Source of the DNA: Octopus sinensis
Taxonomy: Eukaryota
Length of the DNA stretch: 64,000 bases
Assembly: GCF_006345805.1 (NCBI RefSeq)
Contig: NC_043002.1
Location: forward strand, 45,818,001 to 45,882,000
Reading direction: 5' to 3'
Position numbers and translations under genes: made by a program. Positions 23,645 through 35,505 of the stretch are shown piece after piece. Within the stretch, counting starts at the first letter, position 1, and every line of letters starts with the position of its first letter. Under the pieces are notes generated by a model. That model saw nothing but the letters and a program-made list of their open reading frames with translations. It made no database searches and was not told the origin of the DNA.

Positions 23645-23818
23645 TATATATATATATATAAAGTGAAAGTAAAGAATTACAGTTATTAAATACAAAAGTA
23701 AATCATCATAGTATGAACTGATGCTGCAATGTCTTCAACTGATGCCAAAGAGAAGATGAATTACATGAAGAAAAACAAGTTGGGACACAGAATATAATCA
23801 AATAGAATCTCTACTTAC

Positions 23819-23964
23819 TTGGTAGGGAGCTTATACAGGTAGCCTTTCCCTTCATTATTCCAGACAACTACCCTATCAACAGATATGAAATCACCACCAA
23901 CCCAATGCTCTCCATTTCGATTGGATTCTGAACACAACAATGTGAAATCACTAGCATCATAAAT
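23819..23964 (-). CDS. WDR7: WDR7 coding exon 7 (IYDASDFTLLCSESNRNGEHWVGGDFISVDRVVVWNNEGKGYLYKLPT)
   Basis: Boundaries ttttttctccaccag| and AA|gtaagt. 146 nt, phase 0 to 2. Matches '[44 protein letters not shown]'. Confidence 0.93.
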
Positions 23965-25086
23965 CTGGTGGAGAAAAAAAGAAAGAAAAAAGAGGAAAAA
24001 CTAAGGTTCGAATGTGTGAAAGAGAATCACATGATGAGCAAGAAAATATGATATTTATAGATATATGATTGTTTAATTATTAACTGGAGTATCTATATGT
24101 GTCCCAATCACTGAAAGTTTAACTTCATCTATGTATGTGTGAGACAGACATGCAGGCAGAGGAACTGTGTGTGTGTGTTTGCAAGAATTTGCATACATAT
24201 AGGTAACTATAAAATTATTTCTATACAGTGGTTTCCATCTAAATATCTGAGTGAATGCTAACAATCACCATCAATAGATCTGAACCACAGGTAAGAACAA
24301 AAACACAAATATGTCATATGGAAAATATGACCCACTAATATGTTCAATACATATCATCAACAGTTATTTGGTCTATTTTTGTCATGTTTGTTACTGGTTT
24401 GATGTAAAAGATCATTATTATTATTGCTATTATTAAGTCTCAATAAATCATCACAATCTTATTGTACTGTATAGAATTTTCATGTTCAATTGCTTATTTG
24501 TGAAAAAAAAAAAATATACATGCAAATTATCCTACTCTGGGTATGCTGAGACTTGTAAAAGTACAATAAGTAATAAAACCCACAAACTTCAAAAGCTAAT
24601 GGAAAATTCATAAAAAAATCAGTTATAGTCCTATTTTCAACAACTACTTGCCTACTGTCAACTATTTTATTACTCCATTTAAAATCATTTTTAATGGCTT
24701 ACACAGGAGGGAAGACAGCATTTCTGACCCCACGAAGGAATGTAAAACTTGTGGGTTTTTCTTATATTAGAGACTTTGAATGTTTGAATCAAAATGTTCT
24801 CTGCTAATGGCACCCAAGAACCAGGTGGTTGTGTTAAATTAGGAAAAAATTAAGTGTAGCACCTAAAAACAAATACAATCCTCCAAACGGTTTTCTACAC
24901 AATTTCTGTCAATTCAAATTTACTCATAAGGATTGGGTCAATATGAGACTATGGTAGAAGGTATTTTCTCAAATTGCCATGTAGTGAGATGAGTCTGGAA
25001 CCACAAGAGCCATGATGGGAATTTTCTTAATCCTGCGTCTGCATTTGAAGATTTAGCTGACATTTCTAATAACATAAGCAACCATG

Positions 25087-25425
25087 CAGGGGTTCTCAAC
25101 CATTTTTATCTATGGACCCCTTTTTTATTCTAGTGGACCTCCATAAGTATTCAATGTTTAAAAACTAGTTTTATAGAAACTTCTTTCAAAATTCCCATTT
25201 TGTTTTTCACACATTAACTTGTGTAGGTTGAACTATGAAAAATGTTAGAGAAAGAAACCTGACTGTTTTTTGCAATACACACCAATAATACATTTAAACA
25301 AAAAAATTTTCAAGGGCCCTTAAAATACTATTGTGGATCCCCAATTTACTATATTATAATGTGGATTCTCAAAAATCTTATATTGTATCTTCAGGGGCCA
25401 TACGGACCCCAGTTGAGAACCACTG
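25087..25425. mobile_element. hAT-Charlie-type MITE
   Basis: Ends CAGGGGTTCTCAAC and GTTGAGAACCACTG, with ggacccc subterminal motifs. The TSD is not intact. Confidence 0.75.
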
Positions 25426-26379
25426 ATGTAGAGGCTTGTTTATACATAGGATAGCAGTGATGATGGGGTGGGGACATAAAGTCTAAAATTGGAAATCTCA
25501 GAGGAGACACTATTGAAGAAACAGAAGAGCTGATAGTTGATAGGCAATGACTTGCTAGCTAGCAGGAAAATTTTCAAGTGAACCAAAATGTTTATGTACA
25601 TGACAGATAAACCATCACAGATATGTAAGGTATCTAGAATATATTTTATATTTAGTTTAATATACAAACTTCACTTTAATATGTATCAAGAAAAAAAGTG
25701 TAACTATACAAGCAGAATAGAAATTAACCTTTTATTTGAATTATTTATAAAATGGACATATATTAGACATGATACAAACCAATTTATAAGGAATAACTTG
25801 CTTTAAACTGATCCTTCAAGTTTTGTTGTATAATTTATAAACTATTTATATTCACTTGTTATAAATTGATTACATATACTAATGAGAGAATGGATGACAA
25901 TTTGTTATGCTAGTTGTAAATTGATAGCAAGGAATATAATATTTACAATATATATTTATAATGTTAATGATTCAAAATATCTTTTAGAAAATTGCTAATG
26001 TAATAAAACTTTGATGCATGCTATACAAACAATGTTAGTTTTAAAGGATAACCAAGGATAGAGAGGTGATAAAAACAAATGGTAACAGTTAGAATCTACT
26101 ACTTCACATCAATACATAAATCCAATGTAGCCAGTATCCTCATCATCGTAAATGTCCGCTTTACCATGATGATAAAGGTTGGAACGGTTCTGTTGTATAA
26201 AATATCATCTATCCTGTTTGTTAAAGCCTAACTGGATAAGGGCAGATATTATCACTTCTCCCTGTAGACAGGAGAGGGGAACTCGCTACCAGTATGCTAC
26301 ACTCTTTCCCCTAACACTGATTCTTCATTCTTATTCTTATATTGTTTCCTGATATACTTGACATCTTGTTTTCTGCCAA

Positions 26380-26448
26380 GCTAAGTGAGAAATCTGGAAG
26401 GTGTGAAAGTATCTTTTTCTTTCACACCTTCCAGATTTCTCACTTAGC
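26380..26448. repeat. Perfect 30-bp hairpin with a 9-nt loop
   Basis: gctaagtgagaaatctggaaggtgtgaaag is followed, after the loop, by its exact reverse complement. Confidence 0.9.
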
Positions 26449-27038
26449 CCTTACAGCTGTCCTCTTCCTCATCTATTAGCTATGCCTGCACCACACATGC
26501 ACCCACACACACACACACACACATGTAAGTGTTCATCCTGGCTCAGAAAACATGAATCATACAAACAAAACTATAAAGTTTGCAGAACAAGAAGTGGTAG
26601 GTACAAAGTGCAAAAGGAGAGTAGAGTAGGTCTCTAATTGACAGAACATCTGTTACAGCTCTTCTTTAATCAAATATCCTATTGTTAAAAGACAGTAACA
26701 TAATCTCTAATAGAAAGTCAAACTATTCTTGTGTAGGTCATGTTAAACAAAAGAGAAAAGATGCATATTTACTGCGTGCAAACAGTGTTAAGGTTATGTT
26801 TATGTATTTGTTTTGCAAGATTCCTGATGTGAAATCTTGTATTGAAACAGATGTTGTTATATTTCAGGATGGGGATTTTTTCTTTTTGGCCAAAAACTAC
26901 ATGTACTATATAGTAGTTCTTCACTTCAGCTTTATTATTATTATTATTATTATTATTATTTTAGTGTATTTGTCTGAAATTACAGAAAGACAGACTGGAC
27001 TGAACAGGACAGAAGGAGACACATATGTGAGATGGAGA

Positions 27039-27082
27039 GTCGCTGAAGAGGTCACAGGAGGTGTGATGAAAGATTTCAGATA
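27039..27082 (+). ncRNA. Hammerhead-like motif inside a fold-back repeat (~26790-27155); paralogous motif at 55384-55426
   Basis: Parses as CTGAAGA-g-GTCAC..GTGAT-GAAA-GATT-TC. The second copy has GTTAC/GTAAC in stem II. Confidence 0.5.
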
Positions 27083-29556
27083 AAGGAAACTAAAATAATA
27101 ATAATAATAATAATAATAATAAAGCTGAAGTGAAGAACAAGTATATAGTGCATTTGGTTACTTGGCAGAAAAAGTTGGTTACTATATTGCTATGTCGACA
27201 TGAATCACATGATGGTAATGGCATAAACTGACAAGTTAACATGCCTTTATAGATTTTAAGACATTCTGATGGTCTGTTATTCTGTGTGTTCATGAACAAA
27301 GTATCATACTATAACAATGTGATATGGCATTACACTAAAACTCTTAGTTATTATCATTATCATCATCATTTAACGTCCACTTTCCATGCTGGCATGGGTC
27401 GGGCGGTTTGACAGGAGCTGGCTAGGCAGAAGACTGCACCATGCTTCGCTTTCTGTTTTGGCATGGTTTTTATGCCCTTCCTAACACCAACCATTCTGCA
27501 AAGTAGACTGAGTGCTTTTTACGTGGCACCAGCACAGGTGAGGTCAATTTTGGCATGTTTTTTTTTTTGTTATACCTGGATGCCCTTCCAAACGCCAACC
27601 ACTTTGCAGTGTGGACTGGATGCTTTTTATGTGACACCAGCACTGGCAGGGACACTAAGTAACCTACAAGACAAAGATCCTTAGAGAGTGGAGTGGTGGC
27701 ATTGGAGGAAGTAATCTTGTGCCAGATGATGAAAGGTAAGAGTGTGACAGAGAGACAAGGGCCTGTGAAGGCTATGAGCATTGCTTCATCCTCCAATGAA
27801 ATAAGTAAAACACACATACACACAAGAAGCTTTCACAAACTTTCCACCTACTAAATTTCATTCACAAGACACTGATCCCTCTGAGTCTATGGTAAAAAAA
27901 CACTTGCCCAAGGCACTGCTGTGTAGTAGGATCAAACATGAAATCACATCATTGCAAAGTAAACTTTCTAATCACACAACCACGTTGTTATCATAAGTAT
28001 TCCAAAGTAATTATCTGCATTTAAACAAACAGTCATGTGCTGAAAATTATATAATATGCTTATAGATTAATGTGTAAGAGAACAATTGCCAGTATGTTGT
28101 CAATATTTTGGTCATATGTTCTAAGGAACAGGCATGGCCGTGTGATTAAGAAGAAGCTCACTTTGCAACCACATGGGTTTGGACAAGTGCCTTCTAATAT
28201 ATTCTCAAGCTTGACCAATGCCTTGTGAATGGATTTGGTAAATAGAATCTGCATGAAAGCCTACCATGTATATATATATATAAACTCAAATGAATAATAA
28301 AAACGTTATTAATTAGAAAAACTGTAATCATCAGATGAAATATAACTAGTTAGCCTCAACAGACCTTAGCCACATCACTGCCGTATTCTTAGGATATTTT
28401 GTTAGTGAAATTATGTTTCATCTGATGATTATGGTTTTTGTAATGAAATAATGTTCTCATTCTTCGATTAAAAAAATGTACAAGAAACAGCTGAAATTAG
28501 CTGACAATTATCCATTGTCTGTTATCATTCATTTGATTATAATACACCAAGGGGATTTACAATTTGTCGGACACCCTGGAGTATACCAACAATGTACACT
28601 CAATGTAATGTGTGCTTTGAACCAGCCCCTAGGTGCTAAATACTCATAGGGTTGGTTTTTCTCTGTGTACACAACCAGAATATCCTATTTGATATTAATC
28701 AACCATAGGTTTATCAAACCCTACTTGGTGCATATTTTTTCAAGTACCTGATTCTATCTGAATCCTTATTTTACAATACACACACACACACATATATGTA
28801 TGTGTGTGTCATTGTACTGGTGACTACCACACCACCATCATCACCATTTAACAAACAGTGCTGATTTGTTTACGTCCCTGTAACTTAGCAGTTTGGCTAA
28901 AGAGACCAATAGAATAAGTGTCATACTTCAAAAAAAAAAAAAAAGTACTATGGCTGATTTGTCCTACTAAGCCCGTGAAGGTGATGCCCCAGTATGGCCA
29001 TGGTCTGACGACTGAAACAAGTAAATAAAAGCCAACATTAAAAAGCTTTGAGATGTCAGCTCACTTTCTTGTTAGTACTCAGTCATAAATACACCAAACA
29101 CTGACATGATATTTCACATGAAATTTCTGTGGCAATTATCATATTCACGCAAACCAGAAGAGATTATTCATTAGTTTCTTCACTGCTCAGGCAATTTGTA
29201 TCACATAGTACTAATTAAATTTTTGCTTTTTTTCCCCCCAAGTTTTTGTCATTTCATTATATTTCATATCTGATATTTCTGCCGCTATTACAACCACAAA
29301 ATAATGCTAAGTGTCTAAACATTACAAATTTTTCTTTAAAATATTAATTTATAAAGCAAGGCTTTAGCAAAACATTTTTTAAAACATAACGAAAAAAAAC
29401 GAAAAGGAAAAGAAATCTTCATAATGTAAACATAATGTATCTTTTCTGCTTGTGTCACCTTCCTATCGCTCAAGAGGAGCAATAAAGGCATCAATCTCAC
29501 CAATCAGGCAGAGGCTACAAAGTATTTCACCTTTCTTCAAGAGCCAACTGGAAATG

Positions 29557-29595
<39 letters not shown>

Positions 29596-31579
29596 GTCAT
29601 CGTCGTCGTCATCATCATCCTGGTTTATTGACCCCAAAAGGATGAAAAGTAAAGTCGACCTTGGTGGAATTTGAACTTAGAATGTAAAGATGGATGAAAT
29701 GTCACTAAGTATTTTGCCTGCCTTGCTAACAATTCTGCCAGCTTGTTGCCATAAATAATAATAATAATGATAATGATGATAATAAATAATAAATAAATGC
29801 CTTGATGCAGTACCAGGTACTGGCTCTCATGGTTTCCGATCTTAATTGATTGGAAGTGTTATCATATACATGCTTTGTCTTGGTATAAAATATGGGCTAC
29901 AACAAATATTCTGCTCAATACCACAGATTTGCTTGTCAGTTGTTTGACCATAACCAGTTGAGCATGTCACTTGGTGGCTGACGATATGTGCATCTCTGAT
30001 CATGAGCAGAAGTAGTGGGGGAGCATCATAGTCAAGGACCTTTTCAGTGGGATGGGCTATTCGACTTGAAGAAAATTCTAACTGAACCTGATCTACAAGG
30101 TCATGCACTGTTTATCTTGATATGAGTTCACCATGTCATACACATAGTTGTGATGCATGTGCCTGGTGTACCCTTATCTGATGGGTAGTCATGACAGGTA
30201 TTTTCCTCCTACCAAACTTCACCCACAAGACAATGGTCCCTCTGACTCTATGGTAAAAGATACTTGCCCAAGGTGCTGCTCTGCAGTGGGATTAAACATG
30301 TAATCAAACTTTCTAATCACACAACCATATTGTTGCCACAAGTATTCCAAAGTAATTGCCTGCATTTAAATATGCACATGCAGGTGTGCACCCCCCCCCC
30401 ACACACACACAGACATAAGCATGGCAGTTCATGAAATAAAAAAAAAATCTTTAAATCTAATTGCATTAATATGCTGAATTTTTCAATCTTGCAAAGGAAA
30501 CTAAAAAACATTATATGTTTAACTTGTGTTTAAGTCAGTTTAAGAGGTTACATGATTAATAAACAAGATAGCTTCATTAATTAGTAAAAACGAGTAAATT
30601 GAACAGTTAAACATTATAAAGTTGAACTTTTACAAAAAAGAAAAACAGAATTCAAGCTTTAATAATTTCTGAGTTATTCCTAATAATTCATATAAATAAA
30701 CAGATAATTATAATTTATGAATAACTATAATTTATGAATAACTATGATTTATGAATAACTATGAATCTTATTTCAACATTAAGTGACAAGATTTATTAAT
30801 CTTATAATTTTTATTAAAAAGAAAAAGAAATTGAAAAAAGCATCAAGAAAATAAAATTCTTCATTTAAAACAGCATCGAGTGCTAAGTGATTCAAGTTGA
30901 TAACTGATATGTATATTGTGCAGAATGTTTTAATGATATATTTCAGTGTTTGTGATTTGCTCTGGATATTTTGTACAGAGTTTAATAATCCCCACAAAAG
31001 CTGAACAGTATTCAAATTGAAGTTATATATTGTTTACTCAAGACTACGTAAACAATATGAATTAAGGACATATCACTTTTGTTAATTGCTTGCAAGCTTA
31101 CATTTATTACAAGACCACTATGAGTTGACAGTTACTACTGGGAGGGTAGAGAAACTAATCGCCAAAGATATTGTAGTAGCTATCATAGAGCAGCAGTATA
31201 TATTAGAGAATGTATAGCTGAAGTGAAGAGCTATTAAAGTAGTTAAGTAACCCTAGTTTGTTCTACTGAAACTAAAGCCATTTGTAAAGTGCTGAGCTAC
31301 AGCAGATGAATGAATATTTATGTTTAAAAGCATATTTTAATAAGCTTTTATAGACTGAAATAATTCGATATACTTTTTATCTTTTACTTGTTTCAGCCAT
31401 TGGACTGTGGCCATGCTGGGACACTCTCTTGAAAGGGTTTAGCTGAATAAATCAACCTCAGTACGTTTTTTTTGTTTAAGTTTGGTACTTATCCTATAGG
31501 CATCTTCTGCTCAACTGCTATGTTATGGAGACAAACAAACCAGCACTAGTTGTGAAGCAATGGTGGGGAACAAGCACAA

Positions 31580-32166
31580 TGGTTGTTGTCTACAAAACCC
31601 ACTCACAAGGCTTTAGTTAGTCTAGGGTTATAGAAGACATTTGCCTTAAGATGTCAAATAGTGGCATTGAACCTGGAACCATGTGGTTGGAAAGCAAACT
31701 TCTCCCAAACAGCCATGTCTGTGCCTGTTATATTCTATGTAAATGTGATTGACAAACCTAGCACACAAGGTATATCACTTTTAAACTTGTTTAACATTAT
31801 ACTACCTATTTCTTTACTACCCACTCCTTTATCACTATTTATCTTCTGAAACTGAATATGTTCAGTTTCTTCTCTCTTTAGCTTTCTCCCTCTGTTGTAT
31901 ACATATACAACAGGTTGCCTTTGGTTGTTGTCTACAAAACCCACTCACAAGGCTTTAGTTAGTCTAGGGTTATAGAAGACATTTGCCTTAAGATGTCAAA
32001 CAGTGGCATTGAACCTGGAACCATGTGGTTGGAAAGCAAACTTCTTCCAAACAGCCATGTCTGTGCCTGTTATATTCTATGTAAATGTGATTGACAAACC
32101 TAGCACACAAGGTATATCACTTTTAAACTTGTGTAACATTATACTACCTATTTCTTTACTACCCAC
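31580..32166. repeat. Local 245-bp direct duplication with period 342
   Basis: 31580-31824 and 31922-32166 are near-identical. Confidence 0.9.
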
Positions 32167-32380
32167 AAGAGTCTAAACAGAGAGGGGACAAACAAGGACA
32201 GACTCATAGATTAAGTCGATTACATCGACCTCAGTGTGTAACTGGTACTTAATTTATCAACCCCGAAAGGATGAAAGGCAAAGTTGACCTCGGCGGAATT
32301 TGAACTCAGAATGTAACGGCAGACGAAATATGGCTACGCATTTCGCCCGGTGTGTTAAAGATTCTGCCAGCTCGCTGCCA
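32149..32380 (-). mobile_element. Near full-length Meta-domain SINE with TSD
   Basis: Same core as the clusters, flanked by the 14-bp direct repeat aacattatactacc at 32135 and 32383. Confidence 0.88.
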
Positions 32381-32632
32381 TCAACATTATACTACCATAC
32401 CATATTTGCTTATGTTAGATGCAGAGTAGTTGTGTATGTTGTGTTCCATTTACCATTCAGGCCAACTTTGCATTTTTCAGAACACTTTAATTAAAACCTT
32501 ATTGGAGACAGGCATAGCTGGCATTTCTAAAGATTTATTATAAGCTGTTTGAATCTTAAGAGGCATTTATTATGGTAGTTATGATTACTTTGTAATTAAT
32601 CTTAGTAAAATGAGAGATCACAATGACTTTAA

Positions 32633-32852
32633 GCCTTTTGATACCAACCCGGCTGAAACCACCTCTGGCTCTGTAGTATAAATGTCTTGCTTTCAAAAGT
32701 TCTGAATTAAAATCTTCCACCAAACCATAGTCACAATATATGTTCCTAACACTAGCTTAATGATAACTAAGTTATTTTATGAATTTCTTTGTTATATTTA
32801 AGATTAATTGAAAGAAACAGAGTATCTCAACAGAAATATGGTAACAAAAGGG
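32633..32852. mobile_element. piggyBac-like MITE
   Basis: TTAA flanks and termini (g)CCTTTTGATACC / GGTAACAAAAGGG. A related fragment lies near 6348-6410. Confidence 0.75.
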
Positions 32853-33204
32853 TTAAGAAAATATGATAATAAAGCTATATATTTATGCTATTGATTCATT
32901 ATATAAAATTGTTGGGATTTTGAGAGTTGGAATAGATTGTAGGTATCAATTTCACCTCTCACAATTCAGAGTCATGAGGGCGAAATAGTAATGTATTGGT
33001 AATGAAGTACACAAAATAGGCATTAATTTCTTTTACGTTGCTTTTTTTTTTTTGTCCAAGTTAGTCACACAAAAAATAAAAGTGCTAATAAAAGTAATGA
33101 TTCATTAATCTCAAAGACAAACATCTAAATGCACAATGATTAGATATTCAAAAAAGAAATAACCTTCTACCACAAAAGAGAAATACAAATAATTCAAATA
33201 CAAA

Positions 33205-33256
<52 letters not shown>

Positions 33257-33632
33257 GTAATAATAATAAATATAATAATACTGATTATGATGATATAAGA
33301 AAACAAATAAATCTATCTTCTAGACAGTAAAAGCGTAAGAAAAAAAAAAAAAAAACTAAATTTAATAGTGTCAAAAATGCAAAATACATTAACTTTTAAT
33401 GAAATTATGAAGAAAAAGGAAAGGAAAAGAAATTAGAGGGATGGAAAACAAACCCAACAAAATAAAGTGCTACACAATTGACACACAAAGGAAGAAATTA
33501 GGGGGGGAATATCCCAATTTATAACAAATATTTCACACCAAATCAGCTTTCTAAAATTAAGTTCAATGCAATAGCCAAGTCATTACAAACTACCTGTATG
33601 AAGGTTTACAATCATCTATTGTTAGAGCTTAC

Positions 33633-33683
33633 CAATGCGTCTTTTGCTGCGGACACTCCGGCCGCCAGGTCATAGTTATAGAC
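33633..33683 (-). CDS. Candidate in-frame 51-nt cassette exon in WDR7 intron 6 (VYNYDLAAGVSAAKDAL)
   Basis: Boundaries tctttcaag| and TTG|gtaagc. Symmetric phase 0, no stop, and CpG-rich against a CpG-poor intron. No transcript evidence. Confidence 0.45.
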
Positions 33684-33866
33684 CTTGAAAGATTTGATAG
33701 ACAACAGAATTAAGAACATTGCAAATCCTTCAACTGAAGCAAGCGAATCAGATAAATCAGAAAAAAAAAATACATGAATGATTATTATTATTTAAGTCAG
33801 CAAATAATAAGAAATATAAAGTACTTGCATATGTGTCTGTGTGAGCATATGTGAATGTGTATGTTA

Positions 33867-33901
<35 letters not shown>

Positions 33902-34171
33902 TGGTTGCGTCTGCTTGCTGTAGATAATATACTACTATTGTCACTATCATTTCATGTCTGCTCTCAATGTTGGCATGTGTTAGGGTATTAGGTGATTTCA
34001 CAGGAAAGAAAAGGTTGCAGAACCATGCTTTGCTCCAGTGCTACAGCTTTTGCATGGTTTCTATGCTTGCATGCCATTCCACATTCCAACTATTTCAAGG
34101 GGCATAACTGGTGCATGTTTTCGTGGCACCATACAAATAAATACACACACACACACACATATATATATATA

Positions 34172-35040
34172 TCTACTACATATGTGGGAAGTTCTGTTTG
34201 TTGATGAGTTTGTGGAGTTGTTAGCTAACTCCTCCTAGATTGTTTTATCAATTTTGATGAAACTTGACACGTGAGTAGAACTCATGTCTGGAAACCTCAT
34301 GGCATACTCAGATTGTTGAAAAAAATTGATAATAGGGCACCTAGAGGGGATTCTTATATATATCTAATATATTTCAGTTTAACAGCCAAGAGAAATAACC
34401 TTTTCATTTTCCTAAATCTTTTGGTACAAATCAAATTAAGTATGCTTATGTCTTAGTATTTGAACTGTTAGAGTTATTTTTGCAACTTATCCAGTACAAC
34501 TGTTAAACAGGTAAATGGTATTTTCCTAAGCAATAGATCCACTTATTTTGGTTAGTGACTTATTCATGAATATATCAACACTAGCGCTGCTGAGGGTAAT
34601 ATTCTCTGGGAATGCACAAAAGCCCTTTTCAGAGTTATTTACTTTGAATTGTTATTATCTCATATCTGATTAGCCTGTTATTACGTAACATGCTTCACAA
34701 TTTTAGTATACATACCTTATTAGTATTTCCTCCTAAGTTCTACATATTCTGGGAACACATTAAAGCACTTTTTGGGGCTACTTTATTTGAATTCTTACTA
34801 TTGGGTAACTAATTTCATGTTATTACATAACTGACTTCACAATCTGGGTATTCATAACTTATTGGGAATTCCTAAAATCAAGATCCTGTGTAAGACAGCT
34901 TGGTATTCTCTGTAGATGCACATAAACCGTTTTAAGGGCTACATACTTTGTATTATTGTTATTGGATGAGCGAAACAATTATGAGAATGGAACCAAGGGA
35001 TAAGCCTCGCTTTCCAAGGAATTACCGGGTAAGTCAGCTA

Positions 35041-35041
<1 letters not shown>
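34172..35041 (+). mobile_element. Putative non-autonomous Helitron-like element
   Basis: Begins a|TCTACTA and ends with a short hairpin (ttacc-g-ggtaa) followed by CTAG. It has degenerate internal subrepeats and no TSD. Confidence 0.4.
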
Positions 35042-35075
<34 letters not shown>

Positions 35076-35293
35076 CATAATATATTTATGATATATATAT
35101 ACATACATATATATATATATATACACACACATTCATATGTATATATACATACTCATATATATATACACACATACATATGTATATATACATACATATGTAT
35201 ATGTATGTATACATACTTGTATATATATATATACATATCTATAAATATATAAATACATATATATATACATATATAAACACGTGTATGTGTGTG

Positions 35294-35360
<67 letters not shown>

Positions 35361-35404
35361 TATTTACATGCGCATATATATAAATACATATCTATATATA
35401 GACA

Positions 35405-35441
<37 letters not shown>

Positions 35442-35505
35442 TCATACACCTATATCCATGTATACATATATGTACAAGCATACACACACACACACACACA
35501 CACAT
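35042..35505. repeat. Compound (TA)n/(CA)n microsatellite; similar tracts at 18256-18368, 38822-39020 and 63445-63610, and (AAT)n at 33205-33280
   Basis: Direct inspection of the sequence. Confidence 0.95.

Noticed and set aside
24703-24723. 21-nt in-frame microexon candidate (KCCLPSC)
   Set aside because: The acceptor lacks a proximal pyrimidine tract (gtggggtcag), so a chance match is likely.
29501-29547. Exon-like segment in intron 6
   Set aside because: It has a stop in phase 0, its length is not a multiple of 3, and there is no other support.
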